IMG/VR virus record: IMGVR_UViG_3300034062_003972
Reading direction: 5' to 3' (one strand)
From: an uncultured virus (IMG/VR IMGVR_UViG_3300034062_003972)
Taxonomy: Duplodnaviria; Heunggongvirae; Uroviricota; Caudoviricetes
Length of the DNA stretch: 64,000 nt
Of the stretch, positions 9,120 to 17,895 are shown piece after piece (position 1 is the stretch's first letter; every line of letters starts with the position of its first letter). A program made the translations under genes and the position numbers. The notes beneath the pieces are model-generated. The model was not told the origin of the DNA. It searched no databases and was given only the letters and a program-made list of their open reading frames with translations.

Positions 9120-9488
9120 ATGAAACTGACGACGAGACTCAAGCGCGGACGCAAGTCCGAATGGTTGGTGCTGCAAGGCGGCGCCACCAAGATGATCGTG
9201 GCCGAGATCAGCCGCGAACTCATCGGCGGCGTGTCGATGAAATACCGGCCGTACATCCACATGCGCGACAAGCGAGGGCCGGATGGCGAAGACTACTACC
9301 TGCGCGGCCTGCCTGGGTGCGACACCATGGACGATGCCGTCGAGGCCGTGCGATCTGCGCTGGTGCCGGCCGCGGTGGTCGAGGTCACCGACCGCGTGTC
9401 GTTCATCGGCGTCGGCATGACTGCCGACCGTGCCGCGAAGTTCGCCAATGCCATGAGCCGCAAGATCGCGGAGGAGGGGCTGCGATGA
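9120..9488 (+). CDS. Hypothetical protein
   Basis: GAGGAG RBS; 122 aa. Confidence 0.7.
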   Translation: MKLTTRLKRGRKSEWLVLQGGATKMIVAEISRELIGGVSMKYRPYIHMRDKRGPDGEDYYLRGLPGCDTMDDAVEAVRSALVPAAVVEVTDRVSFIGVGMTADRAAKFANAMSRKIAEEGLR

Positions 9489-9847
9489 TCTACTGGATTC
9501 TCACCGACATCGCCGGCAAGCACGCTCGCCGGCACGACGGCGACTGGGAGCCCCTGTCGAAGCGCGAGCCTGCCAGCGACGAGGTCGAGCGGTTTCACCG
9601 CCACGCCGATGCCCTGGCGAGGGTTCGCAAACTGAAGGCGAAGGGGTGCCACGCGAAGGTGCTGAAGCAGGAGGGCATCGTTCTCTACTGGCGACTCCCC
9701 GAGGCGGCGGCCGGTGAAAGCGATCTGGCCGAGGTGATCGAGTTCCGGTCAGCCCGGCAGGCCACGGCGTGGCGGAAGCGGGCCGAGGCCGAGGGATGCG
9801 AGGTGATCGAGTGCCTGGGTACGGCGAAACGGAAGGTGAAGCGATGA
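9485..9847 (+). CDS. Hypothetical protein
   Basis: ATGA overlap; 120 aa. Confidence 0.7.
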   Translation: MIYWILTDIAGKHARRHDGDWEPLSKREPASDEVERFHRHADALARVRKLKAKGCHAKVLKQEGIVLYWRLPEAAAGESDLAEVIEFRSARQATAWRKRAEAEGCEVIECLGTAKRKVKR

Positions 9848-10032
9848 CCAACCGAGTGTCCCCCTACGAAGCCGGATGGCTCACCTTCCTGGTCGAGCAC
9901 GGCCTCGCCACCGAGCCCGAGGCCCGTGCGGCGCAGAACCGCGTGGCGCAAGAGGCCATCAGAGAACTGGAGCGACGGCAGGCCGCCAAACGGCGGAAGA
10001 AGCGACGACGGAAAAACAGTGGGGACGAGTAG
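9844..10032 (+). CDS. Hypothetical protein with basic tail
   Basis: ATGA overlap; 62 aa. Confidence 0.6.
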   Translation: MTNRVSPYEAGWLTFLVEHGLATEPEARAAQNRVAQEAIRELERRQAAKRRKKRRRKNSGDE

Positions 10033-10109
10033 GCTACCTGACGATAGTATGTGGCGGGGGCAGCGTAGCCCCCGTGCGTGGTAACCATTGGCGACAAGGA
10101 GATAGTGAG

Positions 10110-10412
10110 ATGGAGAAGTATCTGGCATCATGTTGGGTCAAGGACGAGGAGATCACGGTCAGGATCAAGCAGGTCGTGGCCTGCCCTGGCGATCACGGTG
10201 AGTATCCGCTGTACGAGTTGGATGGCGGCGAGAGGCAGCGGCACTATCCGTGGTGCAAGTTCGAGAGCATCCACGACACCCGCGAGGCGGCCGAGTTGTG
10301 GATTGCCAACCGGCTGGAGGGGTTCGCCCAGGCGATCCACGCCAAGGCCGAGGAGTTGCGGCACGCGGCCGCCGAGCGGACGGCGAAAGCCCAGATCGAG
10401 GCCGTGGCATGA
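10110..10412 (+). CDS. Hypothetical protein
   Basis: AAGGAG RBS; 100 aa. Confidence 0.7.
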   Translation: MEKYLASCWVKDEEITVRIKQVVACPGDHGEYPLYELDGGERQRHYPWCKFESIHDTREAAELWIANRLEGFAQAIHAKAEELRHAAAERTAKAQIEAVA

Positions 10413-10732
10413 TCCGCGACACCTACCGGGCGATCCTCGCCCTCGCCGTGGGGCTGGTGCTCGTCGAGCGGTGCCGGTCAGGGGCGTTGATGCCCCTGGC
10501 TGGCCCGCAGGCGGCCGCACAGCCGGCCAGCCTGTCTCAGCACCCTGCGGCCGTGCCGGCCGCCTGGGGGCCGCCAAGCCCCCCTGCGTGGCAACCAGTG
10601 CCGACCCCGATCGTGGTAACCGCCCCTCCGATGCAGCCTTGGCAGGCTGCACCGGCCCCGGAACGTCCTCTGGCCCGATTCGGGGGTGCCGTCGTAGAAT
10701 TGGCAGAGTCCGTGCTAGGAGTAGTGAGATGA
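10409..10732 (+). CDS. Membrane-anchored Pro/Ala-rich protein
   Basis: N-terminal hydrophobic segment; ATGA overlaps on both sides. Confidence 0.6.
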   Translation: MIRDTYRAILALAVGLVLVERCRSGALMPLAGPQAAAQPASLSQHPAAVPAAWGPPSPPAWQPVPTPIVVTAPPMQPWQAAPAPERPLARFGGAVVELAESVLGVVR

Positions 10733-11034
10733 AGATCGACACCGACCAGTTTCTGACGATCGAGCAGACCGCCGAGGAGTTGGGCGCACCCAACAAGCGG
10801 GCCGTCTACCGGGCGATCGGCCGGGCGCGAGCCGCAGGCCACGAGACGACGACCAGCATCTACGGCAAGACGCTGATCCCAAGGGCTGCGCTGGCGATCC
10901 TCAAGGAGTTCTACTTCCCCTACTACTCCGACGCTCACCAGCGCATGGTGAAAGCCTGGGGCGCGGCGGGCGGGACGCAGAAGAAGATCAACCGCGAACT
11001 GGGTGTCCGCTCGACCAGGCGGCGTTCGACGTGA
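10729..11034 (+). CDS. Excisionase-like helix-turn-helix DNA-binding protein
   Basis: FLTIEQTAEELG...KRAVYRAI...YGKTLIPRAAL. Confidence 0.65.
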   Translation: MKIDTDQFLTIEQTAEELGAPNKRAVYRAIGRARAAGHETTTSIYGKTLIPRAALAILKEFYFPYYSDAHQRMVKAWGAAGGTQKKINRELGVRSTRRRST

Positions 11035-11314
11035 CCTTGCTGTGGCAACTGCGGCAGAGCAGTCGCAGCCCTTCGAGCGGCGTGGCCTCCGCGGCCTCGT
11101 CCTGCGGCTTGGCCTCGATGTGATCGACGTGCGCGTCGCCGGCCCGGTAGATGAGCGTGTGGCACAACTGGCACATGCCGCCGTCGCGGGCGATGACGGC
11201 CTTGCGAACCCGCTGCCACGCCGCCGAGCCGTACCCCCGTGCGCAGGAACTGGCCCGAGTCTCGGCGGGCTTCGGAATCCACCGCGGCCGAAACGTCTTC
11301 TGCTTCCAGGGCAT
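10988..11314 (-). CDS. HNH endonuclease (HK97 gp74-like)
   Basis: RGY..W.RVR...RDGGMCQLC...VDHI...LCRSCHSK. Confidence 0.9.
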   Translation of the reverse strand: MPWKQKTFRPRWIPKPAETRASSCARGYGSAAWQRVRKAVIARDGGMCQLCHTLIYRAGDAHVDHIEAKPQDEAAEATPLEGLRLLCRSCHSKVTSNAAWSSGHPVRG

Positions 11315-11643
11315 CAGCCTGCCTGCCTCGACCACCCGTACATGAGAACGCGATGGCTCTCGCGCTTGAGCCACCAGTCGATGACGAGTTTGACGATGGC
11401 GTTGACCAGTGTGCTAATGATGAACATCGCCACGACGCTGCCGTATCGTTCCCGCAGGCGCAGACGGATGCGGGCCGTCACGACCTCCCCGATCCGATCT
11501 ACCGGGCAAAATTCGTCGGGCCACTCCTCGACGACCATCTCCACCAGCCGGTCGCGGAGCGGCGCGTGGAGCCGGAGCCGCGTACCCCCGGCCGTGGCGA
11601 CGTAATTCTTCAGCGCACGATACGTTGCGTCGGCAGCGGGCAT
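11314..11643 (-). CDS. Hypothetical membrane protein
   Basis: C-terminal hydrophobic helix; within operon. Confidence 0.65.
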   Translation of the reverse strand: MPAADATYRALKNYVATAGGTRLRLHAPLRDRLVEMVVEEWPDEFCPVDRIGEVVTARIRLRLRERYGSVVAMFIISTLVNAIVKLVIDWWLKRESHRVLMYGWSRQAG

Positions 11644-11981
11644 TTCCCATCCTCGCATTTGGCCTGCTTCCCCTGCTTGCAGCGGCACGAGTCGTCGCAG
11701 CGGCAAGGCACTACCGCCAGGCCGTCACCTGTCGGTTCCTTGCCTGCCCCATTGCAGCGGCAACCGCTTTGGCATCCATCCCGCCCCGGAGCCGGCGTTG
11801 GCTCCGGGGCCGGCGTAGGGCGCGGGCCGGACACCAGTAATTCGTAGTTGCCGGTGACGGCGATGAGCGGCTGGAGGTCTTCCTTGGCGGCCGACGGCTT
11901 GATGCCGCAGCCCAGAGGCATGGCGGCCACCGCGGCCAGCATGACGACGCCGAACGAGTCGGCGATGGCGATGTGCTTCAT
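11610..11981 (-). CDS. Cys-rich lipoprotein
   Basis: Signal ending in PLGC, Pro linker, C-terminal Cys cluster. Confidence 0.65.
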   Translation of the reverse strand: MKHIAIADSFGVVMLAAVAAMPLGCGIKPSAAKEDLQPLIAVTGNYELLVSGPRPTPAPEPTPAPGRDGCQSGCRCNGAGKEPTGDGLAVVPCRCDDSCRCKQGKQAKCEDGKCPLPTQRIVR

Positions 11982-13000
11982 ACGTTCCCCACTGCACCGT
12001 AGGACTTGAGTTTCCTGGGAGGCCAGCCGGCGACGCTCGACAGGGCGATGCACTGGCCGCGCAGGAGCACGCTGGCCTTCGACCAGTACGCGCCCTCTGG
12101 AATCTCTAGATCAGTGCCGCGCACCTTCCTGCTTCCGGAGTTCCACCGCTTGCCCCAGGAGTTCAGCACGGCCGCCAGCGGCTCGCCGTAGAGGCGGATC
12201 GTCTCCGGCCTGTCGTCAAAGCCACAGAGAGCCTGGCTGTGCATCCACGTCCCAGGCACGACCGGCGAGTAGCCATTGTCGTCGCGCTTGTTCGACCACT
12301 TCAGCGACGAGCAGAAGAAGACGCCGTAGCCAGCGAAGAGGAAATCCCTGATCTCATCGATCGTCTTCAGGAACGTGGCCGTGCGCACGAGGTGCGTCTG
12401 GCCGTAGTCGGTGATCGGCTGCGGCGGCCGGCGGCTACCGCCGTACTTGATCTCGGTGTCGCCGGAGTAGGTCGTGAGGTCGAGTTTGAACTCCGGGTAG
12501 TCCTGCCGCAGCCAGATGCCGCATTCGGTCGTCACGGCTCTGGCTGCGCCGCTGCACGTCCAGCCGTCAGCCCCGTTGTGGCCGCGATACCAGTATGGGA
12601 CTTCGTTCGAGAGCACCGAGTTGGCGATGGCCTCGGCCGAGAGGTCGGGCTTCCCCTCGATGACCCCGGTGACTTCGTCGGGCCTGCCGTCGATGAGTTC
12701 GCACGTCCACGACATCAGACAGGCCCGCTGAAGGCCGAACGAGACGCACGAGCCGTTCTCCTGGGCCGGGCCAGGCCAGCAACCGGGCCACGTCCGCGTG
12801 ACGTGCTCCCACATTGGCACCAACTTCCCCTTGCCGGCGTCGGCGAAGTCCCACTCGTGGGCGACGCTCGACCCGTCGGGGTTGCCGCCGTGGCGGATGA
12901 TCGAGTCCGCGCACAACTCGTCTTCGCGCGGGTCGGTGTACGCGCCGAGCAGGCCGGCGTCGTAGGCGTCGGCGGGATTGAGAAACCTACCCATCGCCAT
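11978..13000 (-). CDS. Papain-like (C1) cysteine peptidase
   Basis: Q-x3-SC (QENGSCVSFG), HSQALCGFD, NSWG catalytic motifs. Confidence 0.85.
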   Translation of the reverse strand: MAMGRFLNPADAYDAGLLGAYTDPREDELCADSIIRHGGNPDGSSVAHEWDFADAGKGKLVPMWEHVTRTWPGCWPGPAQENGSCVSFGLQRACLMSWTCELIDGRPDEVTGVIEGKPDLSAEAIANSVLSNEVPYWYRGHNGADGWTCSGAARAVTTECGIWLRQDYPEFKLDLTTYSGDTEIKYGGSRRPPQPITDYGQTHLVRTATFLKTIDEIRDFLFAGYGVFFCSSLKWSNKRDDNGYSPVVPGTWMHSQALCGFDDRPETIRLYGEPLAAVLNSWGKRWNSGSRKVRGTDLEIPEGAYWSKASVLLRGQCIALSSVAGWPPRKLKSYGAVGNV

Positions 13001-13472
13001 GCACCGAAAGCACCCAGGAGAGGACTCCGCAGGCTGCGGTGAGGCGTGTCCGCAGGTCTTTGTCCAAAGCGCGAATGTCGGCCCCGACGGCGTTCACGAA
13101 CGTCTCGTCGATGGCCTCGGCGAGCCCCGGATACTTGCCCACGTTTTCCTTGTCGATCGCCGACCGCAGGCTGCCGCCGTGAAAACGGGCGAACTCCTCG
13201 GTCGTGTTGATGATCGGGTCGTCGCGGGTGGCGTCCCGCATGAGCACAAACACCATCGCGTCATAAAAATTCGCCAGATACTGCCGATCCTTGAGCAGCA
13301 TCTTCGGCAGCACGCCCCGCATCGGCTCGGCCCACTTGATCAGCGCGGGGTCGGGCTGCGGAATCTTGATGGCTTCGTGCGGGGCAGGGGGCCAGTCAAG
13401 GGTGATGGACGATCCCTTCCACGCGAAGACGAGGAGCACCACTGCCACGACGTGCCTCCAGCCGAGTGTCAC
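12987..13472 (-). CDS. Hypothetical exported or membrane protein
   Basis: N-terminal hydrophobic segment; 161 aa. Confidence 0.75.
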   Translation of the reverse strand: MTLGWRHVVAVVLLVFAWKGSSITLDWPPAPHEAIKIPQPDPALIKWAEPMRGVLPKMLLKDRQYLANFYDAMVFVLMRDATRDDPIINTTEEFARFHGGSLRSAIDKENVGKYPGLAEAIDETFVNAVGADIRALDKDLRTRLTAACGVLSWVLSVHGDG

Positions 13473-13717
13473 TTGTCGCTCCCGTCAACCAGAGCGAGCG
13501 TCAGAATGTCGATTGCCTGCTTCCTAGACTCGTCGAGCGCGTCGGTCGCCAGGAGGCGGGCGCGTACCATCGCCAGGTAGGCAATGGCTTCCTGGTACGA
13601 GGGGGCAGGCTTGCGCTGCTCGCCGAGCGGCAGGGCCGGCATCACGGCTTTGATCTGCGGCCAGAAAGCGACGGCGATCGCAGCGACGGCGACGGCGACC
13701 TGGACGTAGAAGTTCAT
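13469..13717 (-). CDS. Small membrane protein
   Basis: N-terminal TM; 82 aa; 4-nt overlaps. Confidence 0.7.
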   Translation of the reverse strand: MNFYVQVAVAVAAIAVAFWPQIKAVMPALPLGEQRKPAPSYQEAIAYLAMVRARLLATDALDESRKQAIDILTLALVDGSDK

Positions 13718-13998
13718 TCAGACACCTGCGCCACGACCCAGTCGAAGAACGACTTGCCCTCCGGCGTCTTGAGGATGGCCTCGATGTGCGACAGAACCTC
13801 GTCGTCCACCTCGGTCATGCTCTTGCCGGCGGCCCACTGGAGCGTCTTCACCAGGGACACGGCACGCTCGTGCGGAGTCTCGGCGCCGGCCACGGCCTGG
13901 AGCCGGGCCAGGAGCGGAGCCCACTCCGCCAGCAACTTCAGTTTGTCGACGAGCGGGAAACCGGCCCCGTACAGTTCGTCCTCATTGACCTGATCCAC
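13714..13998 (-). CDS. Hypothetical protein
   Basis: AAGGAGG RBS; 94 aa. Confidence 0.75.
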   Translation of the reverse strand: MDQVNEDELYGAGFPLVDKLKLLAEWAPLLARLQAVAGAETPHERAVSLVKTLQWAAGKSMTEVDDEVLSHIEAILKTPEGKSFFDWVVAQVSE

Positions 13999-14182
13999 GT
14001 CGCACCTCCTTGTGCTTGCCCAGAAATGCCAAATACTGCGGCGACAGCGTCCGTGCTGTGCTTGTCATCCGGCCCCAGTGTGCCGGCGGCGGCTCCGGCA
14101 CCAGGGACATAAGTGGCGTCGAATCGTTGCCGTACCTCGGCTGGAAGTCCCTTTCGTCGGTCTGGTCGTCGTCAGTCGCCAT
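13982..14182 (-). CDS. Hypothetical protein
   Basis: 66 aa within operon. Confidence 0.6.
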   Translation of the reverse strand: MATDDDQTDERDFQPRYGNDSTPLMSLVPEPPPAHWGRMTSTARTLSPQYLAFLGKHKEVRRGSGQ

Positions 14183-14363
14183 GCACTGCGTGGTTCAGGA
14201 GGTCGTAGGCGTCGCTAAAAACGACGCCAGCAAGTTCCTTGGCCTCCGTCTTGCTCGCCTTCGACTCGAACGTCCAAACCTCGTCCTCGACGGTGTCGTC
14301 ACCGTGCTTGAGAACCAGCCGGGCCTCCTTCGGCGCGATCACGAGCCTCACTTCAGCCAGCAT
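14172..14363 (-). CDS. Hypothetical protein
   Basis: AGGAG RBS; 63 aa. Confidence 0.65.
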   Translation of the reverse strand: MLAEVRLVIAPKEARLVLKHGDDTVEDEVWTFESKASKTEAKELAGVVFSDAYDLLNHAVHGD

Positions 14364-14697
14364 CGTTGTCGCTCCTAGTAGCATTATCCATTCTATCATG
14401 CAGCCTTCCCTCCAAGCGGGCTTCCCGCTCCGCCTGGCTCCAGCCCATGCGGATGTTGGCGGCGGCAACTTTGATCTCCTGCGGCGTGGGCAGGTATATG
14501 TCGGGGTCGGGACGGTCGTAGAGCCCGAGAGTCGCTGCGAAGGCTCGCAGCGACTCCGGTTCCAAACCCATCTCCTCACAAACCTCGTCCCATGAGGCGT
14601 CGGACACCCACAGGCGGCGGAGCCGTCGTTTCTGGTTTGCGCGTTCCTTCGCGGCCGCCAATTCGTCCGGCGTCATACGCCGGCGGGAGTTCGACAC
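14353..14697 (-). CDS. Putative HTH protein with PTPQEI...W...ER motif
   Basis: SWDEVCEEMGL HTH-like segment plus shared motif. Confidence 0.65.
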   Translation of the reverse strand: MSNSRRRMTPDELAAAKERANQKRRLRRLWVSDASWDEVCEEMGLEPESLRAFAATLGLYDRPDPDIYLPTPQEIKVAAANIRMGWSQAEREARLEGRLHDRMDNATRSDNDAG

Positions 14698-14698
14698 G

Positions 14699-15541
14699 CT
14701 ATTGCCAGATGGAAATGTAGCGGCACCCAGGATTCAGATAGAGTTGATAGCCAGCGTCGGCCATCTTCTTGTGCAGAAAGACGTGCTCGCAGTCGCCGCC
14801 CTCGTAGGGACGCACGCCGGCCGCGAGAAAAGCCTCGGTCTTGTAGACGCACAGGCCGCCGAAGGCCGAGTTCATCGGAATCGGCGGCGAGCCGACGGGT
14901 GGCAGGAGTCCGGAGGCCCAGCCGAAGCCGATCTCTTTGCGACGGTCCCGCCACCAATTGAGCCTCATGGCCCAGGCATCGTAGTGGGCGACGCCGCTTT
15001 CATCTCTGTAAAGGCTGTAGGAAGCCATCGCGCCTGGAGACTTGACGGCCGAGCGGGCCGACATCGCCCCCAACTGGCAGATCGAATGAAAAATGCCATC
15101 CGGACTGAACCCGTGCTGCGGGTCGACGTCGAGCACGATCGTCCAGGTCGCGCCGGCCGCGTGCTCCCGAACCCAGTCGTGGCAAGCGTTGCGGCAATAT
15201 GCCAGCCGCTCCGTCCGCTCCGGCTCAAAGCCCCTGGAGTCCAGGCCGCCAAGAGTCTCGTGCCGCACCTGAATCCAGCCATGACGTTCGGCGGCCCTGT
15301 CCAGATAGTCGTTCGTGCCGTCCTCAGAGTCGTTCTCGAACACGAACCATCGCAGGCTGCGAAAGCCGCGCCGGGCCTCGGCGAGCAGGCCGGCGGTGTT
15401 GTTGATGAGCGGCATCGCATTCCTGGCAATCGACACCACGACGACGTCCAGTTCCGAAGCCACCCGCCGGCCGACGGCCACGTCGCGGGCGTAGTCGTCC
15501 GCGTACTCTGCATCCACAGGCCAGACTGTTTCAGGTCGCAT
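14699..15541 (-). CDS. GT-A glycosyltransferase, CAP59/GT69-like
   Basis: FENDSEDGT, RLAYCRN, LDVD, YDAWA, SAFGGLCVY, DCEHV. Confidence 0.8.
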   Translation of the reverse strand: MRPETVWPVDAEYADDYARDVAVGRRVASELDVVVVSIARNAMPLINNTAGLLAEARRGFRSLRWFVFENDSEDGTNDYLDRAAERHGWIQVRHETLGGLDSRGFEPERTERLAYCRNACHDWVREHAAGATWTIVLDVDPQHGFSPDGIFHSICQLGAMSARSAVKSPGAMASYSLYRDESGVAHYDAWAMRLNWWRDRRKEIGFGWASGLLPPVGSPPIPMNSAFGGLCVYKTEAFLAAGVRPYEGGDCEHVFLHKKMADAGYQLYLNPGCRYISIWQ

Positions 15542-16172
15542 GGGCGGCGAACTCCCGGCAGGCTGCCTCGCGGTAGACGTACTGCGTGACGTGGACGAAG
15601 TGGGCGTTGGCGTCGCGCCTGGCGTCCTTGGGGTGGTGGTTCCACCTGGCGGGCAGGAACTCCGTCCGGTCGAAGAGGATCGTCGGCTCGCCACGCGACG
15701 CGATCGGCGCGCCTGACGCCAGCCTGTAGCCCATCTTGTCCAGAACTGCCGCCTGCTCCCACCACCAGTGATGCAGAAACCGGCTGCGATCCATCCAGAT
15801 TTGTTCGAGCGTCGAGAGCATTTCCTTGGTCACGACCCACACGCCGCAGTTCGGCACCAGGCCGCTCTCCGTCTCGTGCTCGACCAAGCCTTGCCACTTC
15901 GAGGCGTCGAAGTCGTCCAGAATGTTCACGTCCGAGCGGAACACGACCACGTCGGCGTCCAGCCACACGACAGTGTCGCGATGGCGGCTCTTCAAGGCCG
16001 AGATGATCCTCGGCACTTTCACCCACGACGGCGGCGCGTCGTCGGCGTGCAGGTTCACGCACTTGTAGTCCATGCCGTGCTTCTGCGCGTACCGCTCCAT
16101 GAGCGGCAGCGTGTGCCTAGCAATCCCGGCGAACTCCGGCCCGCACCATCCGGTAAGAAGGAGCGTGCTCAT
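15531..16172 (-). CDS. Glycosyltransferase, GT34 (MNN10/GMA12)-like
   Basis: YAQKHG, WVKVP, WLDAD, NCGVW, WEQAA. Confidence 0.8.
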   Translation of the reverse strand: MSTLLLTGWCGPEFAGIARHTLPLMERYAQKHGMDYKCVNLHADDAPPSWVKVPRIISALKSRHRDTVVWLDADVVVFRSDVNILDDFDASKWQGLVEHETESGLVPNCGVWVVTKEMLSTLEQIWMDRSRFLHHWWWEQAAVLDKMGYRLASGAPIASRGEPTILFDRTEFLPARWNHHPKDARRDANAHFVHVTQYVYREAACREFAAHAT

Positions 16173-16783
16173 TGGCCGCCCAGCGTTAGCAGTTCCTGCC
16201 GAGCAACGGCTGCGTCGCTTTCTCCTCGGCACGCAACGAGCAGGCCGCGGTGTGTTGAAGCACCGTGCCTGCGGCGGCAGTCGACGGCGCAGTGCCACCC
16301 GCCGGCCTGCAACTGCTCCCAGAGCCACCGCGCACCGTCGCACTTACTGAAGCCGGCCGCCTCCGCCGTCACGTCATGCGCGACAATGCACCTGGGGTGC
16401 AGCGCCAAGACAATCGGCAACTCATGCGTTACCGCTTGCATCTCGTGGTCGCCGTCCACGACGACCATGACGTCGCCTTCTGCCGAAATAGCCGGCAGTG
16501 CGACGACGCTAGGGCTCTGATGCACCGAAAAGCCTGGCCTGGCGTCGGCGATGGCCCTGACGCTGTCTTGGATCGAGATGTCAATCAGATGCGCCTTCTT
16601 GATTGCTCCGCAATCGTATGCCGCAGCGATTGCCGTCGTCGAAACGCCGGCGAAGCACCCTATCTCCACCACAGTCTGCGGACGAAGTTTCTGCATCACA
16701 GCCAGCATCCACTCGACGTGGACTCTATCCATGCTCATTGCGTCGCCGACGCGCTGCTCAAGTGATCCAAAGTCAATAGTCAC
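16169..16783 (-). CDS. Class I SAM-dependent methyltransferase (glycan O-methyltransferase-like)
   Basis: VVEIGCFAGVST, VDGDH, AHD. Confidence 0.8.
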   Translation of the reverse strand: MTIDFGSLEQRVGDAMSMDRVHVEWMLAVMQKLRPQTVVEIGCFAGVSTTAIAAAYDCGAIKKAHLIDISIQDSVRAIADARPGFSVHQSPSVVALPAISAEGDVMVVVDGDHEMQAVTHELPIVLALHPRCIVAHDVTAEAAGFSKCDGARWLWEQLQAGGWHCAVDCRRRHGASTHRGLLVACRGESDAAVARQELLTLGGQ

Positions 16784-17073
16784 GCCACGCTCTCCAGAAA
16801 CTCCTTGACGTCGCCGACCGACCGGCACACGGTGGACGGGCAGCCGTGGCCGATCAATTCGCGCAGACGATGCTGTTGGAGCCTGGTCGGTTCCTCGCCT
16901 GCCCGCTTGAACTCGATCCAGTACGCGCGGCCGTCCTTGATGCACAGGACGTCGGGCAGGCCAGCCAGCGAGAACTGGCTGCCGTGCATCTTGATCGCGA
17001 AAAACCCCATGCCCCGCGCGACTGCCATTCCGTTGGCGACGATTGTTTTTTCGAGCGGTGCCTTGCGGGCCAC
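16780..17073 (-). CDS. VRR-NUC nuclease
   Basis: GLPD...WIEFK...PTRLQ. Confidence 0.85.
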   Translation of the reverse strand: MARKAPLEKTIVANGMAVARGMGFFAIKMHGSQFSLAGLPDVLCIKDGRAYWIEFKRAGEEPTRLQQHRLRELIGHGCPSTVCRSVGDVKEFLESVA

Positions 17074-17074
17074 G

Positions 17075-17437
17075 TCAGAACTCGTGCTCCGTAGCCTGGA
17101 ACGCGACGGCACGCCCGTCATAGGCGTAGGCCGGCATCGACCACTGGCGACGCCTGGGGCCGACGATGCGCTTCTCTCGCTCCTCGTCCGACCAGCCGGC
17201 ACGCACCTGGGCGCACCGATCGGCGATCTCCTCTGGGCTCGGAGCCGACAGCCGCTCCATCTCGGCTCGCGGACGCGGCGGCAGCCGCAGGCGGCGGCTC
17301 ACGCACCATATCTGGCTCTTCGTCAGGCCGAGCCTGGAGGCGATCTCCAGCGTCCCCAGTTCCGGGTTGGCCCAGAGCGCGAACACCTTCCTGGCGTCTA
17401 CCACGATGCAGCGACCGTCCCTAGTGCGCAGTTCCAT
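17075..17437 (-). CDS. Putative HTH protein with PSPEEI...W...ER motif
   Basis: TLEIASRLGLTKSQI HTH plus shared motif. Confidence 0.7.
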   Translation of the reverse strand: MELRTRDGRCIVVDARKVFALWANPELGTLEIASRLGLTKSQIWCVSRRLRLPPRPRAEMERLSAPSPEEIADRCAQVRAGWSDEEREKRIVGPRRRQWSMPAYAYDGRAVAFQATEHEF

Positions 17438-17438
17438 C

Positions 17439-17747
17439 CTAGACTTCCTCTTTCACGAACACCCCCTCCGGCGTCAGGTGACCACGGCGGTCCTTGATCG
17501 TCAGATAGGCAGATTCCAGGCAGCGGGCCAGCGACAGCCCCTGTAGACGCGAGTAGATAATCAGCGTCACCAGGACGTCGCCGACGCCGTCCACGATCTC
17601 GTTGTCGTGCCGCTTGAGCGTCGCGTCGGCCAGTTCGCCCAGTTCGCTCACGGTCTTGAGCAACTGGGCCTGCGCGGTCGAGTGCTCAAGGATGCGGCGA
17701 TCCGCAGCCCACTGCTCGACTTTGGCAACGAGGTCTTCGAGCGTCAT
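17439..17747 (-). CDS. MazG-like NTP pyrophosphohydrolase
   Basis: KTVSELGELA...DGVGDVLVT...AY..IKDRRG. Confidence 0.85.
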   Translation of the reverse strand: MTLEDLVAKVEQWAADRRILEHSTAQAQLLKTVSELGELADATLKRHDNEIVDGVGDVLVTLIIYSRLQGLSLARCLESAYLTIKDRRGHLTPEGVFVKEEV

Positions 17748-17890
17748 TTCTTCTTCCCGGCTCGCTTCTTGGCCTTCTCGGCGATGTCCATCGCGATGGC
17801 GACGGCTTGGTTGTGCGGGCGGCCAGCCTTCACCTCGGCCTTGATGTTCGCGGCGATCGTCTTCTGCGAGTAGCCCTTCTTGAGCGGCAT
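17744..17890 (-). CDS. Small basic phage protein (MPLKKG...QAVAIA)
   Basis: 48-aa ORF read by hand; ATGA overlap with the mazG-like gene. Confidence 0.75.
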   Translation of the reverse strand: MPLKKGYSQKTIAANIKAEVKAGRPHNQAVAIAMDIAEKAKKRAGKKK

Positions 17891-17895
17891 GGCAA

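Noticed and set aside
440..10109. Integron cassette array
   Set aside because: Spacers lack consistent RYYYAAC...GTTRRRY attC ends, and the recombinase is distant with no evident IntI insertion
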